Virus record (IMG/VR): IMGVR_UViG_3300028654_000001
Span: 434,001 to 498,000 of that record
Strand: one strand, 5' to 3'
DNA length: 64,000 nucleotides
Below, one piece after another: positions 22,381 through 31,366 of this stretch. The position numbers and the translations under genes were made by a program. The notes beneath the pieces are model-generated. The model was given only the letters and a program-made list of their open reading frames with translations. It was not told the origin of the DNA and did no database searches. The number at the start of each line of letters is the position of its first letter. Position 1 is the stretch's first letter.

Positions 22381-22659
22381 TCATGTCTTTGGCAAGACCA
22401 GAATTAGCTCTTCAGCTTCAAGAATAGCTTTGGCCACACAGCCAATGCAATAAGGTTCCATGGCTGATGACTCATTGGTAACTTGAAGGAGAAGAAATTT
22501 CTCACCCTTTCGAATGTGAATACCACACTCGTGACAACTTGTGTCCCAAGCTATGACTTCAGTAAGACCTCTTCTAGTAAGCATGAGGTACCTACTAGGA
22601 AGAGTCTTAGAAAAGAAAAGGTGGGCTCCCCACCCATGGGAAACCCCACCTACTTGCAT
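22381..22659 (-). CDS. Small Zn-binding hypothetical protein
   Basis: CHECG...IRKGE...YCIGC. Confidence 0.5.
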   Translation of the reverse strand: MQVGGVSHGWGAHLFFSKTLPSRYLMLTRRGLTEVIAWDTSCHECGIHIRKGEKFLLLQVTNESSAMEPYCIGCVAKAILEAEELILVLPKT

Positions 22660-23222
22660 TATGCCGCGTTAGAAGTCACTAGGTAGTAACCATTGCCATG
22701 AGGTTGAGCTTTTGCCCAATCAAGGTAAGGCTCCCACACGGGCGGGATTTTACCTGCTTCGATAAAGACCGCATGAAGGGGGAGAGCGTGTGGTCGAGCC
22801 GGCTTCCTAAGAAGCTTCATACCGGCTTGCTCAGGTGTCCTGCCTGCTTTTCTCTCATTGCAAGGATAGCAGCACGTGGCAATATTATCCCAAGTAGTGA
22901 CCCCACCTTGCTTCCGAGGGATTACGTGGTCGTAGTTCAGTTCACGCATGGTGAACCTCTCACCACAGTACTGACACTTGAAGCCATCACGGGTGAAGAT
23001 ATTGATACGTGAAAACTTGACACCCTTCTTCATCGTGGCAACCGCGTGTTTAAGCTGAGCTACCGCTGGAATGAAGTATGATATCGATGGGGAGCTGATG
23101 ATCTCATCATACTCCTCCATGACTGTTACTTTACCTTGGTAGGCCAGGCAGATCGCGTCCTGCCAACAGAGGATTGCATGAGGCAAACCCCAAGAATTCA
23201 AGAGAAGTGTTCGAGTTTCCAT
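22659..23222 (-). CDS. HNH endonuclease (McrA-like)
   Basis: FSRINIFTRDGFKCQYCG, DHVIPR, WDNIATCCYPCN. Confidence 0.9.
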   Translation of the reverse strand: METRTLLLNSWGLPHAILCWQDAICLAYQGKVTVMEEYDEIISSPSISYFIPAVAQLKHAVATMKKGVKFSRINIFTRDGFKCQYCGERFTMRELNYDHVIPRKQGGVTTWDNIATCCYPCNERKAGRTPEQAGMKLLRKPARPHALPLHAVFIEAGKIPPVWEPYLDWAKAQPHGNGYYLVTSNAA

Positions 23223-23274
23223 TGTGCACCTTTACCTTCGCCGTCTCTTTTTCATGGCTTTCTCCACTAACAGT

Positions 23275-23880
23275 TTACAAACCATCGATAGCACTGGGTT
23301 CAATAACCGAAGCAGGCCTAACTGCACGGCGAACCACTACAAATCCGTGTCTTTGTGCAACTAGATCCTTAGCTTGATCCACTATACACTGTTGGCTCCC
23401 AGAATGGTAGGGGCCGTCGAACTCCACGAGGATGTTAGCATCAAGTAGAGCCAGATCAAAAACATAAGACTCAAGTTCATATTCGAACTGATGAGGCCTA
23501 CCCACAAGATACCCCTGAAGAGCCAGATACTTCCAGCCTTCCCTCCTACGAAGGACTTCTTCTTGGCTCAGCAAATTACCAACTTGTTGGAGTCCGCCTT
23601 GACGTTGAGCCTCACGTCGCTCTTCGCTCATGCTGTACCTACTGGAACAAGAGGGCGAACAATGCCGAGCAGCTTTCTCTTTGAGTGTAGTAGTGAACCT
23701 ATTACCACAGGGGCAAGTCAGAACTACCTCAGCCTTTCTGGTCCTCAAAGCCGCATACAACCCAGAACAAGTAAGGTTGCAGAAGTGTCCTGACCCCTTC
23801 TTGTTGGACCGGTTGATCTCTCGATTCTCTTTAGGGAATGGTTTTCCGCAGTAGGTACAACTAACAATACTCGTCGCCAT
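23275..23880 (-). CDS. DUF559/Vsr-like endonuclease with Zn fingers
   Basis: CTYCG, FCNLTC, HCSPSC; YVFDL, LVEFDGPYH, D..KD. Confidence 0.8.
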   Translation of the reverse strand: MATSIVSCTYCGKPFPKENREINRSNKKGSGHFCNLTCSGLYAALRTRKAEVVLTCPCGNRFTTTLKEKAARHCSPSCSSRYSMSEERREAQRQGGLQQVGNLLSQEEVLRRREGWKYLALQGYLVGRPHQFEYELESYVFDLALLDANILVEFDGPYHSGSQQCIVDQAKDLVAQRHGFVVVRRAVRPASVIEPSAIDGL

Positions 23881-23934
23881 CGTCCCCACTACACCAAGGT
23901 GGAGACGATGGGACTTGCTAATTGTGGAGGTGGT

Positions 23935-24281
23935 TGGAAGTGCGGGGAATCGAACCCCGGTCCTTCAGTCGTCTGAGATCTCTTTCATTCACGTGCGTAG
24001 TTGCCACATCCCTGGCAACTGAGTTCGTGGATTCGGCCTACGACCTATTCTCCTGTTGATTTCATCAGAGGCTCCGGTGACCCGAGCCCCAAACTATCCC
24101 TAGTGGTTGGCAATCTTACCCGCTACCAAGACTATCTCGCGGAAGATCGGCCACAGTTACTCACGCAACCGCAGCATATGCGTTATCGTTCGCAATCACG
24201 TTTGCTTGATTGATCAAAGCGGGTCAAGCACCGCTTACACGCAAAAGATCCTTCCTTCCAAAGTCGAAACCTATCACTCCC
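23935..24281 (-). ncRNA. ssrA: tmRNA; tag peptide (A)ANDNAYAAVA*
   Basis: 5' GGGAGTGATAGGTTTCGAC; 3' GGTTCGATTCCCCGCACTTCCA with G3:U70; tag ORF at 24193-24161. Confidence 0.93.
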
Positions 24282-24292
24282 ATACAATGACA

Positions 24293-24321
24293 CGTATACA
24301 CCTGCTTTCTCCTAGGGTCAA
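24293..24321 (-). promoter_or_regulatory. Sigma70-like promoter of tmRNA
   Basis: TTGACC-17bp-TATACG with GGTG just before the -10. Confidence 0.65.
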
Positions 24322-24366
24322 CAAAAAGGTCAAGCACCCAAGCTTTTGACCAGGGTGCCTGATAAC

Positions 24367-24543
24367 GGTGAGGGAGATCAGATTCGAGATATGGCTTCAG
24401 TCTAAACTGGTAGTCGACTTAGCGGCCCTTCAACTCGAGCAAAAGTTGCCCTGATCCAGGTTTGAGTGCAATTAGTGGACTCCACGCAGAACTGATTCCG
24501 TACCAATGCCTCTCAGCATAAATTTTGTGGGGCCTCTCTCACC
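24367..24543 (-). ncRNA. Unclassified ~177-nt RNA closed by a terminal stem
   Basis: GGTGAGAGAG/CTCCCTCACC ends; no plausible ORF. Confidence 0.4.
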
Positions 24544-24565
24544 AACAAGGTCTCGCGACCTTGCT

Positions 24566-25144
24566 CTAATCCGACACCTCAGTGATGAGGGTCGAATCAA
24601 AGTCCAATTCGATCTCCGTAGCATTAGCCGTAGCTATCGCCGCCCGGAGACGTCCAGCCTTCCTCGCCAGTTTTGACGAGAGAGTGGCTGCATCCTTCTG
24701 GCTGATCTGAGCCTCAGCCCGTTCCTTAGTCGGGTCTCGCTCCCGATCTGAGTCATCGTAGCCGTACCGATCCTTCTTCGGGGAAGCGACCGACCGCCAC
24801 ATCTTCTCGGCTCGAGCCAGACCCCCAATCATCTTGACCGCTTGGGTCAAAGAGATCTGGGAGCCGTCAACAGTCAGGAATACCTTAAGGTTATACTCGG
24901 CTTGGACGGTTTGAAGCCTGGCAACAGCCAACTCAGAGGCCAGGAAACGGTCAACCACTTCCTGGGGCTTGTCCTTCAACCCCTTCTCGATCTCACTCGG
25001 GAAAGCTCGGAGGGTTCGATCAAAGCCGGTTGCCGCCGCACTTGACCGAAGTTCGTACTCTTTGATCGCTTCTCGAAGAGTGTATCCTGAAACTTTCATC
25101 TTCATACCATCCGATTGTCGGTGCTTTACACCGGAAATAATCAA
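24566..25144 (-). CDS. Hypothetical helical protein (start probably MKMKV)
   Basis: TLREA, ISLTQA, AAIATAN pattern. Confidence 0.65.
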   Translation of the reverse strand: MIISGVKHRQSDGMKMKVSGYTLREAIKEYELRSSAAATGFDRTLRAFPSEIEKGLKDKPQEVVDRFLASELAVARLQTVQAEYNLKVFLTVDGSQISLTQAVKMIGGLARAEKMWRSVASPKKDRYGYDDSDRERDPTKERAEAQISQKDAATLSSKLARKAGRLRAAIATANATEIELDFDSTLITEVSD

Positions 25145-25160
25145 AGGTCAATACATTTTG

Positions 25161-25233
25161 TGAGAGACATGGGACTCGAACCCATCATCAACGCCGTGTC
25201 ACAGCGTGCTCAACACCCGTAGAGAGGTCTCCC
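25161..25233 (-). tRNA. tRNA-Val(GAC), atypical D arm
   Basis: acgct-GT GAC AC-ggcgt; T loop TTCGAGT. Confidence 0.6.
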
Positions 25234-25243
25234 ATAATGAGCA

Positions 25244-25320
25244 TGGTAGGTTCACTCGGGTTCGAACCGAGAACAACCCGGTTATGAGCCGGGGGCTCTG
25301 ACCAATTGAGCTATGAACCT
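25244..25320 (-). tRNA. tRNA(CAT), Ile2-like or Met
   Basis: Cloverleaf, CT CAT AA, CCA encoded. Confidence 0.88.
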
Positions 25321-25321
25321 G

Positions 25322-25432
25322 CTAGTCCGAGTGCCCGGGATTGAACCGGGAGCAGAGATTTATAAGAACTCCTGTGGCTACCAGCCCCACACCCGGAGAG
25401 GTGTTTGATGGTAGCCATCGTATCTTGAACAT
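25322..25432 (-). CDS. Mini-ORF MFKIRWLPSNTS... read across tRNA-Ile(TAT)
   Basis: SD AAGGAG; ATA at codon 4. Confidence 0.4.
   Translation of the reverse strand: MFKIRWLPSNTSPGVGLVATGVLINLCSRFNPGHSD
25326..25396 (-). tRNA. tRNA-Ile(TAT)
   Basis: CT TAT AA loop; acceptor CCGGGTG/CACTCGG. Confidence 0.72.
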
Positions 25433-25453
25433 AACACTAACTCCTTGTTGAGT

Positions 25454-25541
25454 TGGTGCACCAGAAAGGAATCGAACCTTCACGAGTGTAACCTCTCCAG
25501 ATCCTAAATCTGGCGCGTCTGCCTAGTTCCGCCACTGGTGC
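25454..25541 (-). tRNA. tRNA-Leu(TAG)
   Basis: Class II cloverleaf, CCA. Confidence 0.92.
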
Positions 25542-25543
25542 AT

Positions 25544-25620
25544 TGGTAGCCCCGATACGACTTGAACGTACAAAACCTCCCGCTTGTAGGGCGGGCGCTC
25601 TACCCTTGAGCTACGGGGCC
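25544..25620 (-). tRNA. tRNA-Val(TAC)
   Basis: CC TAC AA loop, CCA. Confidence 0.88.
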
Positions 25621-26399
25621 GTAAGTGATTGAGCTTGATTTGGTAAATGGTGTCTACCCCCTGACCAGTACCCGCGAGGTGGGGTCTTTATATTAAACCG
25701 CGTACACATGCGCTTCACAGCAACACCTGAAACACCAATAAGTTTTGAAACTTTAGCTACTGGATTTGACCAGACCAAGTTCCGGAGAACTTCAGGACTC
25801 GGCCAACTTCCCTTTCTTGGACGTCTAGGTGATCCATTAGAGTTCCTACAAGAAGACGAGCAGTACTCAGTAGTAACTTGACCGTTCTGCCTCTGCTTGG
25901 CCTGAAACTCAGAATGGCATACAACACAACCTATCGTAATATACTTAGAATTACTAGAAGTTGGCATCTGAGAGTGGCAGTTAGGGCATAGGAACCTGAG
26001 GTTAGAAGGAACATTATTAGCCCAAATCCCATCAATATGATCAACCTCCAGAGTCAACTTCTTCCCTTTCCAAACAGGAGAGCAGTTACACTCACTACAA
26101 ATGTAGGGAACCCCAGATTCAATCAGAGCGTTCCGTAACCTACGCCCACTCTGGCGATACTTGGCGTTGTAGACCAAGATGGCTTTCCAGTCTTTCCGGG
26201 CATGGAGTCCTCTTTCACAATAACGATTACCAACGAAATGTGAATGGTCTATCTCAAACAAATCAAGTCTACCACGTAAGTAGGTGCTCATCCCCCCTGA
26301 GTAAGATCCAATACCCAGATAACGAAGAACATCTGCCATATTATGAGACCTCAGAGCCGCTTCAGTTAGTAACTCTTTGGTGTACTGGGATCGTTTCAT
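25611..26399 (-). CDS. HNH homing endonuclease; stop lies inside tRNA-Val
   Basis: LEVDHIDG...NNVPSNLRFLCPNCH; C-terminal HTH. Confidence 0.88.
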   Translation of the reverse strand: MKRSQYTKELLTEAALRSHNMADVLRYLGIGSYSGGMSTYLRGRLDLFEIDHSHFVGNRYCERGLHARKDWKAILVYNAKYRQSGRRLRNALIESGVPYICSECNCSPVWKGKKLTLEVDHIDGIWANNVPSNLRFLCPNCHSQMPTSSNSKYITIGCVVCHSEFQAKQRQNGQVTTEYCSSSCRNSNGSPRRPRKGSWPSPEVLRNLVWSNPVAKVSKLIGVSGVAVKRMCTRFNIKTPPRGYWSGGRHHLPNQAQSLTAP

Positions 26400-26463
26400 A
26401 GTAGAGATCCTAGCACAAGAGAAGATATGTTTCTACTCTCAGAAGTTAGCAGTATTAGTGTAG

Positions 26464-26537
26464 TGCTGAAAGAGGGACTCGAACCCTCAACCTACGGCTT
26501 ATGAAACCGTCGCTCTAGCCTGTTGAGCTACATCAGC
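26464..26537 (-). tRNA. tRNA(CAT), elongator Met or Ile2
   Basis: TT CAT AA loop. Confidence 0.88.
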
Positions 26538-26548
26538 ATGAAGAGAGG

Positions 26549-26737
26549 TTACGCCAAACCTCTACTCTTTAGCTTGAATATCACCTGCATGACAGCAGGG
26601 TCATCCTTGCTTGGTAACTTGATCTTGTGCAGGATCTTGTACTTACCACTAGAATCAGTGGTATCTTGACGTTCGTCACTAGGACTCGACTGGCCTCGCA
26701 GCCAAGAGTCATTCTTTGGGTCAAACTTAATGTTCAT
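26549..26737 (-). CDS. Hypothetical protein
   Basis: Coupled to upstream gene by ATGA overlap. Confidence 0.5.
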   Translation of the reverse strand: MNIKFDPKNDSWLRGQSSPSDERQDTTDSSGKYKILHKIKLPSKDDPAVMQVIFKLKSRGLA

Positions 26738-27924
26738 ATAACCCGCCCCTCATGAGCCCCACCCACAACCAATATTTCAGCCTCAGTCTCGAGCTCTGGG
26801 TGTGTGATATTTGACATCAAGACTTTTTCTACTGGGATCTTAAATTCAAGTGCGGTGCCAAAGGCGGATGCACGAGAAGAATCGTAACTGAAAGACGAGA
26901 TGGACCTTGTGTCCAAACTGGCTTCCTGCCCTTTTTTAGACTTCTCGAGCCCTTGACCTTGAACCCCTCTGAACAGAGTTAGCTCTTTGATCCCCAAGTG
27001 CTTGTAGTAGGCCTGAGAGAAGTCATAGGCATCTTGTAGGTACTTCTTGAGTTCTTTGCTTTTAGCCCCATCCTCACGGAATCCCTTAGCTTCATCCTCA
27101 TCCTCTTTTGGAGTACGAGATCCACTAACCCCCCAGGATTCAACCGCTCCAACCATATTCTGAACAGACTCTGAATCAGCAAAGTCTCCCGCGATCCTCC
27201 ACCCAGCAACAGCACCCCTACCGACTTTTTGAGCCTCAGCATCCTTTTTCGACAGGTATTGCTGGAAGTACTCGCCGAGTTTATCGCCACCAGCCCATAG
27301 AGCTTGTTCCTGAGGGCTGAGACGATCAAAGGCCTTCTTAAACTTGTTAGGATACTGATCCCCAGGAGATCTCTTCTTCATATGGGCACTCTTGAAGGAC
27401 TTGACTGCCTTAGTCATCTCAGCAGTGATCCTATCAAAGTGCTCCTTGTTTTCTGCTATGATCGCATCAAGTTTTTTGGCATCAGGCTTAAATGGATTGG
27501 TTGATACCTCTTCGTCGGAGTCACCCTTTGGTTTTGCCTCTGAAACTGGTTCCTTAGTTTCAGGCTTTTTATCATCCTGATCTTCAGGATCCTTTGACCT
27601 GCCACCAGAGGTGTCCTCTTCCTTCTGCTTGCCAAGCCACTCATAGTACTCTTTTATGGCCTTAGAGTAGAAGCTAGGGTTCTTCAAAGCAGTACTAAAG
27701 GAGACTTCCTTGTTCTTCTTACGAGAATCAGAATCGGAGCTCGGGTTGGGTACTCTTCGCTTACCACCCTCTTGAGTGGAATCTAACCACTCTTTCCACC
27801 TAGGAGGGATCTTACCCTTCTTTGAAGACTCTTCACCTTCCTCCTCACCAGTGCTAAACGCAAGCTTGGTTTGGGCTCGAGCGTATCGAGCGGCAACACG
27901 AAGGATCAGGGCAGCTTCTGACAC
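26734..27924 (-). CDS. Protein with C-terminal ADP-ribosyltransferase-like (R-S-E) domain
   Basis: LFRGV, SISSFS, ETEAEILV; N-terminal RVAARY motif. Confidence 0.7.
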   Translation of the reverse strand: MSEAALILRVAARYARAQTKLAFSTGEEEGEESSKKGKIPPRWKEWLDSTQEGGKRRVPNPSSDSDSRKKNKEVSFSTALKNPSFYSKAIKEYYEWLGKQKEEDTSGGRSKDPEDQDDKKPETKEPVSEAKPKGDSDEEVSTNPFKPDAKKLDAIIAENKEHFDRITAEMTKAVKSFKSAHMKKRSPGDQYPNKFKKAFDRLSPQEQALWAGGDKLGEYFQQYLSKKDAEAQKVGRGAVAGWRIAGDFADSESVQNMVGAVESWGVSGSRTPKEDEDEAKGFREDGAKSKELKKYLQDAYDFSQAYYKHLGIKELTLFRGVQGQGLEKSKKGQEASLDTRSISSFSYDSSRASAFGTALEFKIPVEKVLMSNITHPELETEAEILVVGGAHEGRVI

Positions 27925-27953
27925 ACAAGTTCAACCCTATAAGTCAATTAGAT

Positions 27954-28030
27954 TGGCACCCCCAGAAGAACTCGAATCTTCAACCTCTGGCTTCGAAGGC
28001 CAACGCTCTATCCAATTGAGCTATAGGGGC
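27954..28030 (-). tRNA. tRNA-Arg(TCG)
   Basis: Cloverleaf, CCA. Confidence 0.9.
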
Positions 28031-28034
28031 ATGA

Positions 28035-28367
28035 CTAACGGGAACGATTACTACAGTGGATGCTACCACCGGCATTGGCATTCCCATGAATATCTTGACA
28101 GTTGACGCTACCACCCGCGCTAGCTGATCCCTGGATGTTCTCAGCATGAACACTCCCTCCAGCACTCACGTTACCCGCGACATCTCCACAAGTGACAGAC
28201 CCGTCAGCACGAAGGTTGACGAGAGGGGCTTCCCAGTTGATGTTGACAACACCTTGAAGACCACCCTCTACCACCACCCCATCGATAGAGACTACCCCGT
28301 CGATTACCGAAAGGTTGGAGCCAGAGGGGCTTTCTATACGCTTACCGTTGATTACAATTACAGGCAT
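28035..28367 (-). CDS. Gly-rich beta-helix-like small protein
   Basis: AGGSV repeats; ATG 28367 preceded by GGTGTA. Confidence 0.7.
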   Translation of the reverse strand: MPVIVINGKRIESPSGSNLSVIDGVVSIDGVVVEGGLQGVVNINWEAPLVNLRADGSVTCGDVAGNVSAGGSVHAENIQGSASAGGSVNCQDIHGNANAGGSIHCSNRSR

Positions 28368-28387
28368 AGCCAGTAATACACCGTAGT

Positions 28388-28464
28388 TGGCGATCCTGGG
28401 GAGACTCGAACTCCCGACGTTTTGATTCGGAATCAAAGACTCTATCCAACTGAGCTACAGGATC
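28388..28464 (-). tRNA. tRNA-Arg(CCG)
   Basis: TT CCG AA, CCA. Confidence 0.9.
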
Positions 28465-28466
28465 AT

Positions 28467-28542
28467 TGGTGTCCACAGGTGGGATCGAACCACCGGCCTC
28501 TCGGTTCGCAGCCGAACGCTCTATCCTCTGAGCTATGCGGAC
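28467..28542 (-). tRNA. tRNA-Arg(GCG)
   Basis: ttcgg-CT GCG AA-ccgag, CCA. Confidence 0.9.
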
Positions 28543-28579
28543 ATGTTAGTAACGGGGTACCGCTACTAACTTGACCTAG

Positions 28580-29089
28580 CTAGTAGCGGTAGAGTTGAGC
28601 CTCTAGGGGAACAGTATCCTTACTGAAGGTTCCCTCTTGACCCTCAGGAATCAGTACAATACTGAGATCTGGAATACTCCTCGAGAGGAACACCTCGGTA
28701 CTCCAAAGGAGACCTTGCAGACCAGACCTCAGGAACTCTATCTTCGTCTCTGGGGTGAAGATATCCCTACAATGCTTACGAACATTGCAGAAAGTACTTG
28801 CAGTCATCCAAACCCGGCTCACTCTCTTATCTAACCGCTCAACTGAAAGGAAAGCGTCAGCAATTAAGTCAGGAGTGAGTAGGGTAGGAGTTGTAAGAGA
28901 TCTCTCGAAACAATGAAGGGCTTCCTTCAAGTGTTCGAGACCCTTATCTTGCATCGGGTTCTTGTTGGTCTTCTTACCAACATTAGTAGCCAGCAAGAGG
29001 AAGTCCCCTCTCATCTGATTGATGATCTCGAGCTGGCTGTCAGTGAATAACTTCTTCGGGCCAAAAACAGACTGAATATCTAAAGGCAT
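28580..29089 (-). CDS. Hypothetical protein
   Basis: SD GGAGG, 169 aa. Confidence 0.7.
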   Translation of the reverse strand: MPLDIQSVFGPKKLFTDSQLEIINQMRGDFLLLATNVGKKTNKNPMQDKGLEHLKEALHCFERSLTTPTLLTPDLIADAFLSVERLDKRVSRVWMTASTFCNVRKHCRDIFTPETKIEFLRSGLQGLLWSTEVFLSRSIPDLSIVLIPEGQEGTFSKDTVPLEAQLYRY

Positions 29090-29116
29090 GATAACCTCCA
29101 GAACTCAAATACACCA

Positions 29117-29192
29117 TGGTACCTCCGGCAGGATTCGAACCTGCAATAAACAGTTTAGAAAACTGCGAGTCTATCCGTTGACCTACGGAGGC
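29117..29192 (-). tRNA. tRNA-Arg(TCT)
   Basis: TT TCT AA, CCA. Confidence 0.9.
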
Positions 29193-29198
29193 ATGAAC

Positions 29199-29756
29199 TC
29201 AAACAACGAATCCGCCCAGGTTCCCAGCCATGAGCTCTTCATAGTCATACGTCTTTCCAAGACAATCCTTGATGGTAACATCCTTGGTTCCGAACCCCAT
29301 GAGATGCCCATCGTAGATTAGGATCTTGTCCGGTACCTTGGACTCACACCGAACGAACTTCTGACCTCTCTCGGTGATTCGGTACCGACCCGTCATGTCG
29401 ACAACGGGCTTGTTACTCAAGACCGACTTCTTCACCGGCTGGTGCTCTTCAATGAGCTTCCAGCACTTGAGCTTGGACCACTCTCCGCCACGGACCTCAG
29501 ACCCGACTGCAGCCATGTTCTCGAGGTACTTGGACACGTGAAGCCAATCCTCCGGAGTGTCCAGGAAGTGTCGGTACATCAAGATGAGTACGTAGGCCAT
29601 CGTTGGGGATAAGTCCTTCTCGAGCACCCTCACCAACTGCTTGCAACAAGGGCAGATGACTCCAGAGCCCCGGACCCTTTGCTGCATCTGCTCCTGAGCT
29701 TTTGCAACCGTAGTGGTCTTAGGGTCAAGGTTGATCTCGAAGGGCTTCTTCGGCAT
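29199..29756 (-). CDS. Hypothetical protein (CPCC, winged-helix-like YRITERG)
   Basis: 185-aa ORF, upstream GGTGTA. Confidence 0.7.
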   Translation of the reverse strand: MPKKPFEINLDPKTTTVAKAQEQMQQRVRGSGVICPCCKQLVRVLEKDLSPTMAYVLILMYRHFLDTPEDWLHVSKYLENMAAVGSEVRGGEWSKLKCWKLIEEHQPVKKSVLSNKPVVDMTGRYRITERGQKFVRCESKVPDKILIYDGHLMGFGTKDVTIKDCLGKTYDYEELMAGNLGGFVV

Positions 29757-29781
29757 GCGATGTGATTACACCTAAAAGATC

Positions 29782-29883
29782 AGGAGAGACAAGAAGAGCG
29801 AAAAGAGTGCTCACCTAATGAGCTACCCACCCGAAGGCGGCTACGGAGTTGAACCATTGTACTTCTCGCGGGCATTCTCCCCT
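29782..29883 (-). ncRNA. Y RNA-like (YrlA-type) gene with permuted tRNA domain
   Basis: GGAGAAUGC...AGUACAAU...CUUGUCUCUCC; T arm, UUCG-closed acceptor, D arm. Confidence 0.75.
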
Positions 29884-29887
29884 TTAG

Positions 29888-29959
29888 AGCGGGTAACCAG
29901 ACTCGAACTGGTGACATTCAACTTGGAAGGATGACGTTCTACCACTGAACTATACCCGC
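29888..29959 (-). tRNA. tRNA-Gly(TCC)
   Basis: Cloverleaf. Confidence 0.9.
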
Positions 29960-29964
29960 ATTAG

Positions 29965-30036
29965 AGTCGAGGATGAGATTCGAACTCACATACAACGGTT
30001 TTGCAAACCGCCCCCTGACCATTCGGGCACCTCGAC
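29965..30036 (-). tRNA. tRNA-Cys(GCA)
   Basis: TT GCA AA, U73. Confidence 0.9.
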
Positions 30037-30047
30037 GTAATGTATAG

Positions 30048-30120
30048 AGCGGGCGATCGGGATCGAACCGACCAGATCCTGATTGGCAACCAGGTACCTC
30101 ACCGTTGAGGAGTCACCCGC
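30048..30120 (-). tRNA. tRNA-Gly(GCC)
   Basis: Cloverleaf. Confidence 0.88.
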
Positions 30121-30122
30121 AC

Positions 30123-30157
30123 AAAAAGAAGGAAGCCCGGTTCTCACTAGGCTTCCT
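30123..30157 (-). terminator. Intrinsic terminator inside the array
   Basis: GGAAGCCT/GGGCTTCC stem followed by TTCTTTTT. Confidence 0.55.
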
Positions 30158-30228
30158 ACAGGGGCGAACCGGTTTCCCAGTTTTGCCCTCCACCACGGAT
30201 TACCCACGTTTTACGGGGTTATCTCCGG

Positions 30229-30301
30229 AGCCCACACCCGGACTTGAACCGGGCACCCCGTCCTTACCAAGGACGTGCTCTACCAAATGAGCTATGCGGG
30301 C
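30229..30301 (-). tRNA. tRNA-Thr(GGT)
   Basis: Cloverleaf. Confidence 0.9.
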
Positions 30302-30302
30302 A

Positions 30303-30617
30303 TTATGACTTACGGTTAGGGAACTTTGACTTGGGGTTGACTGAGAACCCCAAAAGAAGGTTGTGGTCATTATCATCGTAGTTCCCGCAAAGGTACCCAA
30401 CCTCGGTACCCGGGATGGTCCCTATGACCCCATTGAGGAGGCCTAGGATGCTAAGAGTGGTTCGGTTAGCCACCCGAACTTGAACCGTAGGGTGATCTGC
30501 TAGGACCTCATTCGCCGGAACTCGATGGGCGAACAAGGCCTTGATGGCCTCAGGATCAATCTGAAAGTATTCATTGAGGCACTTCACAATGTGCTCTGCT
30601 AGCTCTATCTGATCCAT
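30303..30617 (-). CDS. Hypothetical phage protein (LADHPTVQV, LGLLNG)
   Basis: ATG 30617 after GGTGTA. Confidence 0.7.
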   Translation of the reverse strand: MDQIELAEHIVKCLNEYFQIDPEAIKALFAHRVPANEVLADHPTVQVRVANRTTLSILGLLNGVIGTIPGTEVGYLCGNYDDNDHNLLLGFSVNPKSKFPNRKS

Positions 30618-30635
30618 GATAACCAGATACACCAG

Positions 30636-30708
30636 AGCGGGAAAAGGGACTCGAACCCTCGACATTTTGGTTGGGAACCAAGTACTCTACCAACTGAGTT
30701 ACTCCCGC
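30636..30708 (-). tRNA. tRNA-Gly(CCC)
   Basis: Cloverleaf. Confidence 0.9.
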
Positions 30709-30712
30709 AAAA

Positions 30713-31264
30713 TCAGATCTTCTTCTCGATCTCTTCCCACACCTCGAGTGCGGCCTGAGTCCTCTTCATATCAGCTTCTGACTCAGGCCTAGGTATGCCA
30801 TTGATCTCAAAGACAGCGGTAGCGGAGATCAATGCTTTGAGCAACTTGATTTTCTGCTTGGTGAAAGCCTTGAGAACCTTGAAGTCAGCTTTGGGGAAAG
30901 CTTCTACGAAGTCCAGGACATCCGTCTCGTCCGTGTACTCAGTGATGGCTGCCCAAGTCACATGCTCCTGATTGTCCAAGTACATGCACGCGGCTATCAT
31001 CACGTAGGTACTTGCCTTGGGCTTGTTCCACGTACCAGGACGAGCCTTCGGATTCATTGTCTGACTACAGAATCGCCACCCTTTCTTTGGAGCATACTCG
31101 AGCCAGTAACGAATGGTTGTTCGAAGCTTGAACCCATAGGGGTAGTCATTGACGAAGTACCCATTCTCCTTGCTGTCGTAGCCATACAGGGGCTTGCCAA
31201 ACTTGTTGGCAAGCTTGACTGTTTGCAGATACCCCTTTATGACCCGAGCAACTAGAAGATCCAT
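30713..31264 (-). CDS. Hypothetical protein (DYPYGFKLRT)
   Basis: 183-aa ORF between tRNAs; N-terminal RV motif. Confidence 0.7.
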   Translation of the reverse strand: MDLLVARVIKGYLQTVKLANKFGKPLYGYDSKENGYFVNDYPYGFKLRTTIRYWLEYAPKKGWRFCSQTMNPKARPGTWNKPKASTYVMIAACMYLDNQEHVTWAAITEYTDETDVLDFVEAFPKADFKVLKAFTKQKIKLLKALISATAVFEINGIPRPESEADMKRTQAALEVWEEIEKKI

Positions 31265-31292
31265 ACCTGATTGATTGAGATAAGAGGATTAG

Positions 31293-31366
31293 AGCTGACG
31301 AGGAGAATCGAACTCCTAACCCCTGGTTTACAAAACCAGAGCTCTACCGGATTGAGCTACATCAGC
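31293..31366 (-). tRNA. tRNA-Thr(TGT)
   Basis: Cloverleaf. Confidence 0.9.

Noticed and set aside
30160-30190. c-di-GMP-I riboswitch
   Set aside because: Only a GGCAAA/GAAA hairpin is present; the GACGCAAA junction and receptor stem are absent.
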